A stretch of 32,000 nt of DNA from an uncultured Nitrospiraceae bacterium (GCA_963821465.1 CAWGDV010000029.1:392597-424596); one strand, 5' to 3'. Numbered from the stretch's first letter, positions 1 through 9,013 are shown. Notes: a model not told the origin generated them from the letters alone. Translations and numbers: made by a program.

Positions 1-681
1 ACCCAATACGAAGAGGTGCTCGGCTACCTGGTCAATTGTCAGGATCATTACAAGGGCATGCTCGTCAGGGCCCGTTGTGCGCCGCATTTCAAAAGGCTCG
101 CGTATGAGAAAGATCCGAATTCCCCGATCACCAAAGCGACGGGCTATATGGGGGGCGGCTGCCTTGCCGGCACCAACTACGCGCGCGTGACCCCTAACGG
201 TGAGTTGACCCCTTGTCCCTACATGCCGTTGTCTGCAGGGAATATTCGCGAGACCAGCTTCGTCGATCTGTGGGAAAAGTCCGATGTCTTCAACTCCTTC
301 CGCTATCCGCAGTTGAAAGGTAAATGCGGCGATTGCGAATACACGGACATCTGCGGCGGCTGCCGGGCACGCCCCTATGTCGATCACGGCGATTGGCTGG
401 ACGAAGATCAATGGTGTCTCTACACCCCAAAGGGCGGTGACAAGATCAAAGTCGCATTTAATACGCCTGAAGAAAGCCCCGTGGCGTGGGATGAGGACTC
501 AGAGACACGACTCAACCGAATTCCCTACTTCTTGCGAGCTATGGTGAAAAAAGGCGTTGAAAAGCACGCACGCGAACATCGCATCCCTCTGATTACCATT
601 GAGCTGATGGAAGAGCTCCGCAAGAAACGCTTCGGCAACGAGGCCCCGGTCTTCAATTTCGATGTAAAAGATAAGGACTGA
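1..681 (+). CDS. radical SAM/SPASM-domain enzyme, C-terminal part (5' end lies outside the window)
   Basis: Frame 1 is open from base 1; the ORF track starts at a GTG at 16. The Cys-rich SPASM pattern GGGCLAG..TPCPYM..GKCGDCEYTDICGGCRARPY is typical of AhbD/NirJ-like maturases. The tail RIPYFLRAMVKKGVEKHAREHRIPLITIELMEEL resembles the protochlorophyllide-reductase 57 kDa C-terminal domain often fused to them. Confidence 0.75.
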   Translation, partial: TQYEEVLGYLVNCQDHYKGMLVRARCAPHFKRLAYEKDPNSPITKATGYMGGGCLAGTNYARVTPNGELTPCPYMPLSAGNIRETSFVDLWEKSDVFNSFRYPQLKGKCGDCEYTDICGGCRARPYVDHGDWLDEDQWCLYTPKGGDKIKVAFNTPEESPVAWDEDSETRLNRIPYFLRAMVKKGVEKHAREHRIPLITIELMEELRKKRFGNEAPVFNFDVKDKD

Positions 682-746
682 AGAGTTTCTGAGATATACC
701 CACTACGAACCGTGAACTCTCCGCTCTTTCGTTCCCACACCGACCT

Positions 747-1256
747 ATGGACGCTCTTCAAAGTCTCGTCACCGACCTCAATACGCTGATTCCGATCCTC
801 AATCATTGGGTACACTTGTCAGCGGCGGTCGTCTGGGTCGGTGGACTCGCGTTCCTCATCATGGCCGTGACTCCTGGGCTGAAGAAGGCGGTTGCGAAAG
901 AGCAGATCAAGCCGATCACCGATGCGTTCTATCAGCATTACAAGAAAGTCGCGGGCATCCTGCTTCTCGTTCTACTATTTACCGGCGGCATCAATTTCCA
1001 CTACGTCAATCAGCTCATTACTGCTCAAACCGGCAGCGGGATCCAGCACCATGCGAAGTACCTGACCATCTTCTTTATCAAGCTGTTTCTCGTCCTTTGT
1101 CTTCTCACGCTCTTCCTCTACACGGTACTCTTCAAGTCCGATGACGCAGAAGAAGGAGAAGGATCCTACGAAGCGGTCCCCTTTCAACAGGCCGCGCTCT
1201 GGATCGGCCTCTTCATCCTTCTCTGCGCCGCCGCGATGAAACATCTCCACCAATAG
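747..1256 (+). CDS. CopD/DUF4149-like integral membrane protein (about 4 TM)
   Basis: 169-aa ORF with four hydrophobic segments. The first helix motif HLSAAVVWVGGLAFL resembles CopD-family proteins. No competing ORF is credible. Confidence 0.5.
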   Translation: MDALQSLVTDLNTLIPILNHWVHLSAAVVWVGGLAFLIMAVTPGLKKAVAKEQIKPITDAFYQHYKKVAGILLLVLLFTGGINFHYVNQLITAQTGSGIQHHAKYLTIFFIKLFLVLCLLTLFLYTVLFKSDDAEEGEGSYEAVPFQQAALWIGLFILLCAAAMKHLHQ

Positions 1257-1849
1257 ATCGCGCTCCATCTCTGGCTCTCAGTCGCTTTAATCTGCCGGCT
1301 TGTCCTGTTCCTGTATCTCCTAGAATACAGAGTGTGCTGAATCAGATACCCTCTGCCCGATGCCTCGTCTATCCCGTTCGCCGGCCTAACCACATGTACT
1401 CAACGACTTACAACGCAGGCACCGGAAATTTTCACTGAGAAAATCCTGGTACAGGGGTTGCTATGTAGTTCTCCCATCATCCGACATCAGGGTGAGAGAG
1501 CGATGAATACACGCTGGAAGATTCTTGGCGAAGCGAACCGCCGGTGGGTCCCCACTCAAGAGGGTCATGCCTCTCACGCAGGTGGGACTACCTCTGGATT
1601 ATGCCCGTCCGGAGCCCTCCCACCGCCATGCGCTTCTGCCATCGGGGTCGCGTCCTGCCATTCGCAGCGGCGCGGCCCCTCCCCTTAATCTGACAGAAGC
1701 GAGGACTTACTTCATTTCAGAGCAACCTGGAAAGATACGCAATGTAGTGGACCGATCAGGCCGCTCCGAGTAATTCGACCAAGAAAGAGCACCGCGGGGC
1801 CCCTAGCCCGTCCTCCAGGCTGCGCAAGATTGGACAGCAACAGCCTCGA

Positions 1850-2158
1850 ATGGTCTGGCTAACCGTCAGCCTTTCTGGCGATCTTGTCGATCGTCTGCGC
1901 GATGCGGTGTATTGGAGCCCTAGCTTGAAACTCGCATGGCTGATCGCTCAGTCCCTACGGACTTCCATGACGGAAATGGAATCCTTGCGTCAAGGTCCCT
2001 TTCCAAAACGAACGAACGCGCTCCGAGCAGGACGGCCTCGATTGGTTGGTCAGACAATGAACGTATTCCCTCGATCCAGGCGCACCGGAATTGAGGCAGC
2101 CTGCTCGGCTGAGGGAATCACTCAGGTCATCCTTGCCTCACAACCGTCCATCGAGTGA
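1850..2158 (+). CDS. possible ribbon-helix-helix (ParG/CopG-like) DNA-binding protein
   Basis: The N-terminus LTVSLSGDLVDRLRDAVYWSPSLKLAWLIAQSLRTSMTEMESLRQGPFPKR fits the beta-strand plus two-helix RHH pattern of plasmid or ICE centromere-binding proteins. No clear SD; sits in an otherwise non-coding 1.2 kb stretch. Confidence 0.3.
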   Translation: MVWLTVSLSGDLVDRLRDAVYWSPSLKLAWLIAQSLRTSMTEMESLRQGPFPKRTNALRAGRPRLVGQTMNVFPRSRRTGIEAACSAEGITQVILASQPSIE

Positions 2159-2498
2159 TGGGATACCAGCGAATAGTTTCTTCGTCATTAGGGCGTAATC
2201 TCCACTATTATCTTCTGAATTTCCCTACTGCAATCGTCTGCCCATGAGCCTGTCGAAACGTATCGTTCCACTGAGTGAATTCCAGCGATTGCACCTTCGT
2301 CAGGGCGCCTGACCATCTACGGGTTTTGCTTCCATGCTTGGCATCGGCTCAGCCTCGCGGCTGTCAGCCTACTCCGAGACGACTGGAGAGACAGCCGGAT
2401 CGGCAGGTCGACATGTGGCCAAGCCAGTCTCTCCGATTGCAAATCGGCCTCCCGCTGCAGTAGCGTGGCCTGCATGTATTGGTGAGGGCGATTCGTCT

Positions 2499-3464
2499 AT
2501 GGTGACCGAGTTTGTCGTGACATCCGGCGAGGCGCCGAAACGGCTGGATATCTTTCTAGTCAATCGTGAGCCCAAGTTATCGCGGTCAGCCTTGCAACGG
2601 TTGATCGGGCAAGGGCGTGTGCGGATCAACGGTCAGGTCGTCAAGCCCAGTCAAAAGATCAAACCTGGCGACACGATCGCCTTTGACATTCCGAAAGCCG
2701 AACCGCTAGAACTCAGAGGCGAGTCGATTCCACTCGAGATTCTGTATGAGGACGACGTATTGTTACTCTTAAACAAGCCGGCCGGCCTGGTTGTCCACCC
2801 CGCGCCGGGTCATTGGGCCGGGACGTTGGTCAACGCTCTCCTTTATCATTTTCAGACCTCTGGAGGCACGGTCTCGACGATTGGCGGGAAAGAACGGCCA
2901 GGACTAGTTCATCGCCTGGACAAGGATACCTCCGGCGTGATGGTGATCGCCAAGACAGACGAAGCCCATCGAGCTCTTTCGGCTCAATTCAAACATCACA
3001 CAATCACGCGAGTGTATGAAGCCCTGATCTCAGGTGTGCCGAAAAAAGGACATGGGTTGATCGAGCTGCCGATTGGCCGTGACAGGAAGGAACGGAAAAA
3101 GTTTTCTGCCCACACGGCGCGCCCCAAGGAATCCGTGACGGAATACAATGTCGACCATCGCTTCGGAAAATTGGCGGCCCACGTGCTGCTCTACCCACGC
3201 ACAGGCCGGACTCACCAGCTCCGCGTGCATCTCGCTTCCTTGGGCCACCCCATTCTAGGAGACCAGACCTATGGGGGGAAGAAAGTCTGTACGGTCGAGG
3301 GAGTCGAGATTCCCCGCGTGATGTTGCATGCGAGGACCCTGGGCTTCCGCCACCCCTCCACTGGTGAGTTTCAGGAATATACAAAGCCTTTTCCATCCGA
3401 TATGGAGCAGGCCGTTGAGGCTCTTGATCGTCTTACGCCTCCTCAAGGCGCCAGAAAATCTTGA
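2499..3464 (+). CDS. rluD: RluA-family 23S rRNA pseudouridine synthase (RluD-like) with N-terminal S4 domain
   Basis: Catalytic motif HRLDKDTSGVMV, an S4-like N-terminus (RLDIFLV..LSRSALQRLI) and HQLRVH are present. Start moved to the ATG at 2499 (MVTEFVV), because the 55-aa extension from 2334 has no homology-like character. Confidence 0.9.
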   Translation: MVTEFVVTSGEAPKRLDIFLVNREPKLSRSALQRLIGQGRVRINGQVVKPSQKIKPGDTIAFDIPKAEPLELRGESIPLEILYEDDVLLLLNKPAGLVVHPAPGHWAGTLVNALLYHFQTSGGTVSTIGGKERPGLVHRLDKDTSGVMVIAKTDEAHRALSAQFKHHTITRVYEALISGVPKKGHGLIELPIGRDRKERKKFSAHTARPKESVTEYNVDHRFGKLAAHVLLYPRTGRTHQLRVHLASLGHPILGDQTYGGKKVCTVEGVEIPRVMLHARTLGFRHPSTGEFQEYTKPFPSDMEQAVEALDRLTPPQGARKS

Positions 3465-3511
3465 CAGGTCTCTCAACGTGGCGTAATCAATTCCGCTCGA
3501 AGGATGAGTTC

Positions 3512-3934
3512 ATGCAAACTGCCGATGTGCTGGACGCAATGGGTGGATTGGTTGCCCAATTGAAGACATATGCGTCCAAACTACCGCCCATTGTTCATCT
3601 GTCAGCTGTGCCGACCGGTGTGAAGCCCAACTATGAGGCGATCGAGGAGTATGAGGAGATTGTCTCCCGGTTCCGGAGTCAGAGCACCGGAACTCCCTAT
3701 AAAGGACTGAATGAATTATTTGTCGAATCGCTGGAAGCCTTCGAAGTTGGTCGATTGCTCGGTTGCGTTCACCCACTCCTCTCGGTGCTCGATCATCTTG
3801 AACGGATGCAGCGAGATCAAGAAATACAAGTCGGACGGACCGACTACGGGCGGATGGGCGAGTATCGATCCGCGCTGAATAAAATTCTACCCGGCAACAA
3901 GCCTGAATTGGACGGCGCTGGACGTGGGATGTAG
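3512..3934 (+). CDS. hypothetical protein
   Basis: 140-aa ORF. The ATG at 3512 is preceded by AAGGA 7 nt upstream. No recognisable domain. Confidence 0.5.
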   Translation: MQTADVLDAMGGLVAQLKTYASKLPPIVHLSAVPTGVKPNYEAIEEYEEIVSRFRSQSTGTPYKGLNELFVESLEAFEVGRLLGCVHPLLSVLDHLERMQRDQEIQVGRTDYGRMGEYRSALNKILPGNKPELDGAGRGM

Positions 3935-3999
3935 CACACGCAGCGCGTCCGGGAGGGGGAAGAACTCCTGGCCGAGCATGAGGGACCGTCCGTGACGCA

Positions 4000-4494
4000 A
4001 TGAAGATCTCATCAAGCCTCGCCGTCCTCCTTGTCCTCACCTTGGTCGGTTGTGGCGAGGGGGCAAAACTGCTTCAGGAAAGGGAAGACGGAGGGGTTGT
4101 CGCCTATCCCTTCATAAGAGAGCAAGGACCGATGATGTCCTAGCCCGCATTATTCATGAACACTTCTGCTGCAATCGCCGATCCGCTGCTACGACGAGCC
4201 TTTGGCCGGCGGGCTCGCCCCTCGGACCCTCACCGTACTGCACGAGTACGCCTCAGGTCCTCACGGCTCCGCGCGCCGGTCTCGCGACGCGGCTCAGCGA
4301 TTTCGCGACGAACCGTCATGAATAATGCGGGCTAGCCCCCCACAGAGGCGCGCGCGCTCATGAAGGAGAAATGCGGTGGGCCCTATACCACTGTGCAGGA
4401 AGGGGAGACAAGAAGTCGTACCTGCATGGCCAGCCCAGTAGAAGGCGCACAGGAAGTCATACAGGAGCGCCGATGGAGCATCCAATCTCAGTGA
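4000..4494 (+). pseudogene. small lipoprotein gene (paralog of 5138-5464) interrupted by a MITE
   Basis: The N-part MKISSSLAVLLVLTLVGCGEGAKLLQEREDGGVVAYPF.. and the C-part ..ARALMKEKCGGPYTTVQEGETRSRT..QERRWSIQSQ align to the intact paralog. Removing 195 bp (4141-4335) restores one 99-codon frame. Confidence 0.8.
4141..4335. mobile_element. MITE-like non-autonomous element with about 20-bp perfect terminal inverted repeats
   Basis: CTAGCCCGCATTATTCATGA (4140-4159) is the exact reverse complement of TCATGAATAATGCGGGCTAG (4316-4335). The internal arms are imperfectly self-complementary and there is no coding capacity. It sits inside a gene, and a related partial copy lies at 24719-24833. Confidence 0.8.
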
Positions 4495-4568
4495 AAGTGA
4501 AACAGTCTCCTCCGAGAGTCCAACAGGCTGTTCAAAAAGCTAAGCTGTTCAGAAGTAGGCTAAGGTCG

Positions 4569-4616
4569 AGGTCAAGGTTGAGTGAAGATCAGACTCTTCG
4601 CTCTCGGCCTTGACCT
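4569..4616. terminator. long imperfect hairpin between convergent genes
   Basis: AGGTCAAGG (4569-4577) pairs with CCTTGACCT (4608-4616), and the inner arms GAGTGAAGA/TCTTCGCTC also pair. It lies between the lipoprotein pseudogene (+) and the rhodanese gene (-). No clear U-tract. Confidence 0.35.
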
Positions 4617-4650
4617 GAGCCATAATTTATAGACAAACTGAGAGACTCTT

Positions 4651-5076
4651 TCAGTGGCGTCCCGATTCAATGGGAAAGCCTGCCCCAAGCCAGGCATTCA
4701 TGCTGCCCGTGACGTTGTATACATGACGGTAGCCCAAGTCAGCCAGTGTCTCTGCCGCAATGTTGCTCCGATGGCCGGACTGGCAATAGACCACCAGATG
4801 GTCATCGAGCTGGGCTCCGATGTCCCGATGCCGAGCCTGAATTTCCCTGAAATCGATATTCAGATCGGTTCCGGGGATGAATCCTGTCGTATGTTCTTCC
4901 GCAGATCGGACATCGATCAAGATGAAACCCTTCTGCGGCATCGAATGCGCCTTGGCCAATCCGGCACGCAACTGCTGGACCGTCAGCTGGTAGGAATGAT
5001 GGGCTGACACACCGTTGATCGAGATCGCAGACAGCAGAAACAAACCGAGAACAGCGACGACAATGCGCAGGATCAT
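4651..5076 (-). CDS. exported single-domain rhodanese (thiosulfate sulfurtransferase-like)
   Basis: Active-site loop CQSGHRS and the rhodanese fold motifs ILIDVRSAEEH..GFIPG are present, with a signal-like N-terminus MILRIVVAVLGLFLLSAISINGVSA. Start set at 5076, preceded by GAGGAGG. Confidence 0.85.
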   Translation of the reverse strand: MILRIVVAVLGLFLLSAISINGVSAHHSYQLTVQQLRAGLAKAHSMPQKGFILIDVRSAEEHTTGFIPGTDLNIDFREIQARHRDIGAQLDDHLVVYCQSGHRSNIAAETLADLGYRHVYNVTGSMNAWLGAGFPIESGRH

Positions 5077-5137
5077 AGTTGGCCTCCTCACAACAGACAG
5101 AGTGGTGAATCGTTCGTCTGGGGTCATTCTCAGGAGT

Positions 5138-5464
5138 ATGTATGATAGGGAACGCAAGAAGATCTGGTCAAGCCTCGCTATCCTCTTTTCCATCGTTTTG
5201 GTTGGTTGTGGCGAGGGGGCAAAGCTGCTTCAGGAAAGGGAAGACGGAGGGATTGTTGCCTATCCCTTCATAGGAGAGCAGGGACCGATGGTCTCCTCGT
5301 TTCGCACAGACGCCCTTGCTCTCATGAGGGAGAAATGCGGCGGACCCTATACCATTATGCAAGAGGGGGAAACGAAAGGGCGAACCCGCATAGTGAGCCC
5401 GGTAGAAGGCTCACAGGAAATCGTGCAGGAGCGCCGATGGGGCATTCAGTTTCAGTGTAAGTGA
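5138..5464 (+). CDS. small lipoprotein, unknown function (intact paralog of 4000-4494)
   Basis: Lipobox LVGC. About 75% identical to the interrupted copy. The codon homologous to the paralog's ATG is AAG here, so the start is inferred at the upstream ATG 5138. Confidence 0.7.
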   Translation: MYDRERKKIWSSLAILFSIVLVGCGEGAKLLQEREDGGIVAYPFIGEQGPMVSSFRTDALALMREKCGGPYTIMQEGETKGRTRIVSPVEGSQEIVQERRWGIQFQCK

Positions 5465-5482
5465 GGCAGTCTCTGCTGAGAT

Positions 5483-6064
5483 CTATGAGCGGGTTGGTTG
5501 TCCACTGGTCAAGTCGTCGATGGTTAGCAGACTGACGAGCGTGAGTCCTTCGGCTTCAACCTTGTGCCGCCCATCCTGCTCCTTCCGATCTACGATCACC
5601 AAGGCATGGGTCACGGTCAAGCCGGCCTCCCTGGCAGCCGCCACAGCTTTGAGAAGCGAGCCCCCGCTTGTGAGCACATCGTCGACGATCACGGCTCGAT
5701 CCCCTGGTTGAAACGATCCCTCGATAAGTTTTCCAAGGCCATGATCCTTCGCCTGCTTCCTCACCACGAAGGTCCGCCACGTTCGCGTCGGCTGGGCCAC
5801 GAACGCAAAATCCGAGATGCTGGTAGCAATGGAAATCGCTCCGATTTCCAGTCCTCCAAGACAGTCGAATTCAACACCCTTCAATGATTCGTACGCGAGG
5901 TGGGCCACAAGACGGCGCGGTTCCGGGTGGGCCATCAAAGACCGGCAATCGACATAGAAGGGACTGGTCTGACCTGACGCCAGTGTGAATCCTTTAATCG
6001 GGTCCCACTTGAACGATTGGCTCTCATGAAAGGCTTTTGCTAACTCAGCTTTGAGGGGCAGCAT
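5483..6064 (-). CDS. pyrE: orotate phosphoribosyltransferase
   Basis: PRPP-binding motif VIVDDVLTSGGS and FTLASGQTSPFYVDCR are present. The start is ambiguous (ATGs at 6064, 6103, 6142). 6064 was chosen because MLPLKAELAKAF matches typical PyrE N-termini. Confidence 0.85.
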   Translation of the reverse strand: MLPLKAELAKAFHESQSFKWDPIKGFTLASGQTSPFYVDCRSLMAHPEPRRLVAHLAYESLKGVEFDCLGGLEIGAISIATSISDFAFVAQPTRTWRTFVVRKQAKDHGLGKLIEGSFQPGDRAVIVDDVLTSGGSLLKAVAAAREAGLTVTHALVIVDRKEQDGRHKVEAEGLTLVSLLTIDDLTSGQPTRS

Positions 6065-6180
6065 CCTATAGCTCGGGTATTTCTTGGCAACGCGACCGCC
6101 CATTGTATGCTTGATGAGGACCAAAAAGAATCCTCCTTCCATAAATTAATTTTTCTCCCTTGCCGCTTAAATACATTGTG

Positions 6181-6532
6181 CGATCCTGTTCAGGAAAAGC
6201 GTTTCACCTGCTCTGTCAATGTACTCGCGACAAGCTGAAGATCGAACGGCCAGGTGTAACGGAGCTCGACCCTGGGATATTGCGGTCGCAGATGGTCGAA
6301 GATTTCGGGAATCTCAATCTCTGAGTGGGAGCCACCAGGCGTAAACATCGTCGTGGTTAGGGTAATGTGGGTTGCGCCGTTCTTAATCAGCTCCTCCACT
6401 GATTCCTCCAAGGTCGGCGCACAGAACTCGTTGTAGGCGACAGCAAACAGCACCTCCCCCAGGTTGGCTCGCAACTGAGCGGCCACCGCCTTAAGCCCCG
6501 ATCGATAGGGGTCCATTTCCGGTGTCCGAGAA
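6181..6532. repeat. copy A of a roughly 350-bp segmental duplication (partner 8662-9013)
   Basis: Both copies start at the same CGATCCTGTTCAGGAAAA.. boundary. The encoded peptides are about 90% identical. Confidence 0.8.
6190..6516 (-). pseudogene. 5'-truncated duplicate of the cbiX-like chelatase gene
   Basis: The 108 aa match residues 63-169 of the 8671-9180 product. The N-terminal about 60 aa, including the GHG motif, are missing, and the ATG here corresponds to ACG in the full copy. Confidence 0.7.
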
Positions 6533-6669
6533 TCTCATCTGGTACGGTGAGCCGGTGAGCATCTGAGCGACGCGAGAACGCCCCGGCGGACGTTTTCAAG
6601 AGCCTGTTAGAGCGGTCCGGGTCGAGCAAGCTAGGTGTGGAGCCGGCGATCCGGATTGAACGGACGACC

Positions 6670-7893
6670 TCAGGGCTTGTAATCGGTGTGTTCGGAGGGT
6701 TTACCCCCATGTGAGAACTGATGCATGAACGCGATCACCTGCCAGATCTGCTCTTCTGAGAGGTACGACTTCCAGGCCTTCATTGTCGTCTTTGGAACCC
6801 CTTCCGCCACTCGCCAGAACCAGTAGCTGTCTGAGAAACGGCGGATGTTTTTCTGGTCACGAAGCCCTCCCCCACTTTTTACCGGTTGACCGTCCTTATG
6901 GCAACTGCGGCAGCCCTCCGCGGAGTAAATCTGCCTTCCCTCCTCGATGACCTTAGGATCCGTCCACCAGCCAGCCGGCATATGTTTGTCGGCATAATCG
7001 GCCGGAACTGGGGCCAATGGCATTAGTTCCCCAGAGTACGCCATCCCTCCTGAAGGAGTCAGGACAGGATTCTTCGCACACCGGAACCCGCTGTTGAAGT
7101 TCCGGTACGACGGTGACTCATAGCTGGGGGATAACGGTAGGTTGAAGTCCCGGCGCGTGGATCGCAGGTGCTCCGGAGCGAGGTCCCACGAGCCGCCCCG
7201 CAACACTCTGTATTTACCATTTTCCGGCCCCTTCGGGTTCTGCGGCGGGCTGGTCGTGTAATAGTCCGGGTCATACCAGTCGCTCACCCATTCCCAGACA
7301 TTCCCCGCCAGATCATAGACCCCATAGGGGCTTCTGCCGTCTTTCAATTGCCCCACCGGCACCAGCGCGGTATGGTTGTTCCACTTCTCCTTCCCATAGT
7401 TCGCCCGAAGCGGATCGGGGGGTTCATTGCCCCAGGGATAGATCCGCCCATCCGTCCCCCGGGCCGCCTTCTCCCATTCCGCTTCCGTCGGCAGCCGCTT
7501 GCCGGCCCACTCGCAATAGGTGCTCGCATCCGACCAGTCGACATTCACGACCGGGCGCTTCTGATGGGGCGGCTGGTCCATGGTTGTCCACATCGGCGGC
7601 CCGTTCACGCCCCTGGCCTCCAGAAACTTCGCATACTGCCCGACCGTCACTTCATACTTGTCGATGTAATAGGCATCGAGAGAGACCCGATGGACGGGCT
7701 TTTCATCGTCACTACCCTCGTTGCTCCCCATCGTAAATTCCCCCGCCGGCACGAGCACCATCGGTGCCCCATCGTTACCAGTGATCTCCTGCTGCTGCGC
7801 CTGCGCTTGGCCTGCGACCCCAGCGACGAACGTGACAGCCATCAGCACACCGAGCACACTCACCCACCCCGGCCCCCGCTGCCTCATCCCCAT
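6670..7893 (-). CDS. periplasmic FGE-sulfatase (SUMF1/PvdO-type) domain protein fused to a C-terminal mono-haem cytochrome c domain
   Basis: Signal peptide MGMRQRGPGWVSVLGVLMAVTFVAGVAGQAQA. FGE-family motifs are [25 protein letters not shown] and GFRCAK. A CRSCH haem motif lies at 6898-6912 with a downstream Met (TTMKAW). Start at 7893 is preceded by AAGGAGGAG. Confidence 0.85.
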   Translation of the reverse strand: MGMRQRGPGWVSVLGVLMAVTFVAGVAGQAQAQQQEITGNDGAPMVLVPAGEFTMGSNEGSDDEKPVHRVSLDAYYIDKYEVTVGQYAKFLEARGVNGPPMWTTMDQPPHQKRPVVNVDWSDASTYCEWAGKRLPTEAEWEKAARGTDGRIYPWGNEPPDPLRANYGKEKWNNHTALVPVGQLKDGRSPYGVYDLAGNVWEWVSDWYDPDYYTTSPPQNPKGPENGKYRVLRGGSWDLAPEHLRSTRRDFNLPLSPSYESPSYRNFNSGFRCAKNPVLTPSGGMAYSGELMPLAPVPADYADKHMPAGWWTDPKVIEEGRQIYSAEGCRSCHKDGQPVKSGGGLRDQKNIRRFSDSYWFWRVAEGVPKTTMKAWKSYLSEEQIWQVIAFMHQFSHGGKPSEHTDYKP

Positions 7894-8096
7894 GCTTCTC
7901 CTCCTTGCCGGTTCGCCACCGGTCAACCTATCGTAAACCTGCTTGCTGTCACCCTCAACACTGCAAGCTTCCCGCAGCCCGTCCATTCGGTTACACAGTA
8001 CCGTGAGAATATGGCAGAACTGAATGCAGGACTGCGGGATAAAATCCCGCAACATTTCTTCCCGGAGGATCGATTCACGAGATCATCCACGCGGCG

Positions 8097-8309
8097 CTAC
8101 GAATGTCGAGCGTGGTTCCGCTCGGCTCGTTGGAGCAACAGGCTGACGATTCGTACGTTGTTGTCCAGGCCCTGCCATTTCAGAAAATTCATCAGCCCTG
8201 GCTGTTTCGCTTCAAGGCGCTCGACCAGGCGGGTGGCGGCTTGAGACACTTCGACCCCTTGTTCATTCGACAGCGTGACGGTTATGGAGAGGGTTCCCTC
8301 CCGGCGCAT
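8097..8309 (-). CDS. small hypothetical protein (weak ABM/dimeric alpha-beta-barrel-like pattern)
   Basis: 70-aa ORF from the ATG at 8309 (LSITVTLSNEQGVEV..QPGLMNFLKWQGLDNNVRIV). It lies directly downstream of an IS relic. Support is weak. Confidence 0.25.
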   Translation of the reverse strand: MRREGTLSITVTLSNEQGVEVSQAATRLVERLEAKQPGLMNFLKWQGLDNNVRIVSLLLQRAERNHARHS

Positions 8310-8355
8310 GGGCAGATGGCCAGAGTGATGTTCCCCCAATCCCGAGGATACTAGG

Positions 8356-8660
8356 TTAAGCCACCGCCGTCCTCGCTTCGTACTCGGCCGGGGAGTTATA
8401 GCTAAAATTGGGGTGCCGGCCCTTACGATAATAGAACACCTCGATATACTCGAAAATGTCCTGCGTCGTTTCGGCCCGAGTGGCGTAGTGCCGATGGTAC
8501 ACAAACTCGCGCTTGAGTGCCCCAAAGAGACTTTCGACGCAGGCTTGTCCCAGCAGTTGCCTTTTCGGCTCCTGCTCGGAGTGATGCCGTGAGTTTAGTA
8601 TAGTGGGCCATATGGATCGCGACGTTTTCCTGGTGGATGCCCTGTTGTCGATGCTTCACC
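8356..8660 (-). mobile_element. IS3-family transposase (OrfB/rve) C-terminal relic
   Basis: The minus-strand translation gives HGITPSRSRKGNCWDKACVESLFGALKREFVYHRHYATRAETTQDIFEYIEVFYYRKGRHPNFSYNSPAEYE, the hallmark IS3 integrase-core C-terminus. There is an in-frame stop upstream, the 5' part is absent, and no IRs were seen. Confidence 0.75.
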
Positions 8661-8661
8661 A

Positions 8662-9013
8662 CGATCCTGTTCAGGAAAATCGTTTGACCTGCTCTGTCAA
8701 CGTGTTTGCGACAAGATTCAGATCGAACGGCCAGGCGTAACGGAGCTCGATCCCGGGATGCTGTGGCCGCAGATGATCGAGGATTTCAGGAATCTCAACC
8801 TCCGAGTGAGAACCGCCCGGCGTAAACATCGTCGTGGTGACGGTAATGTGGGTTGCGCCCTTCTTAATCAGCTCCTCCACGGATTCCTCCAAGGTCGGCG
8901 CACAGAACTCGTTGTAGGCCACCGCAAAGAGCACCTCTCCCAGGTTGGCTCGCAACTGAGCAGCCACCGCCTCAAGTCCTGATTGATAGGGGTCCGTCTC
9001 CGGCGTCCTCGGC
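8662..9013. repeat. copy B of the roughly 350-bp segmental duplication (partner 6181-6532)
   Basis: Covers the 3' two-thirds of the intact cbiX-like gene. Its left boundary abuts the IS3 relic. Confidence 0.8.

Noticed and set aside
1440-1700. Possible cobalamin riboswitch, RNase P, tmRNA or SRP RNA
   Set aside because: I looked on both strands for the B12 box (GCCACTG-type), the GGAAAGTCCGG core, the tRNA-like end and the SRP GGAA tetraloop context. None is present. It is kept only as an unexplained structured region.
2334-2498. N-terminal 55-aa extension of the rluD ORF
   Set aside because: The extension is low-complexity (Ser/Ala/Gly/Pro) and lacks homology character. The S4 domain begins right after the ATG at 2499.
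7168-8244. 358-aa plus-strand ORF
   Set aside because: It lies antisense to the well-supported FGE-cytochrome c gene. The composition is rich in Pro, Arg and His and of low complexity, typical of an antisense frame in GC-rich DNA. No motifs.
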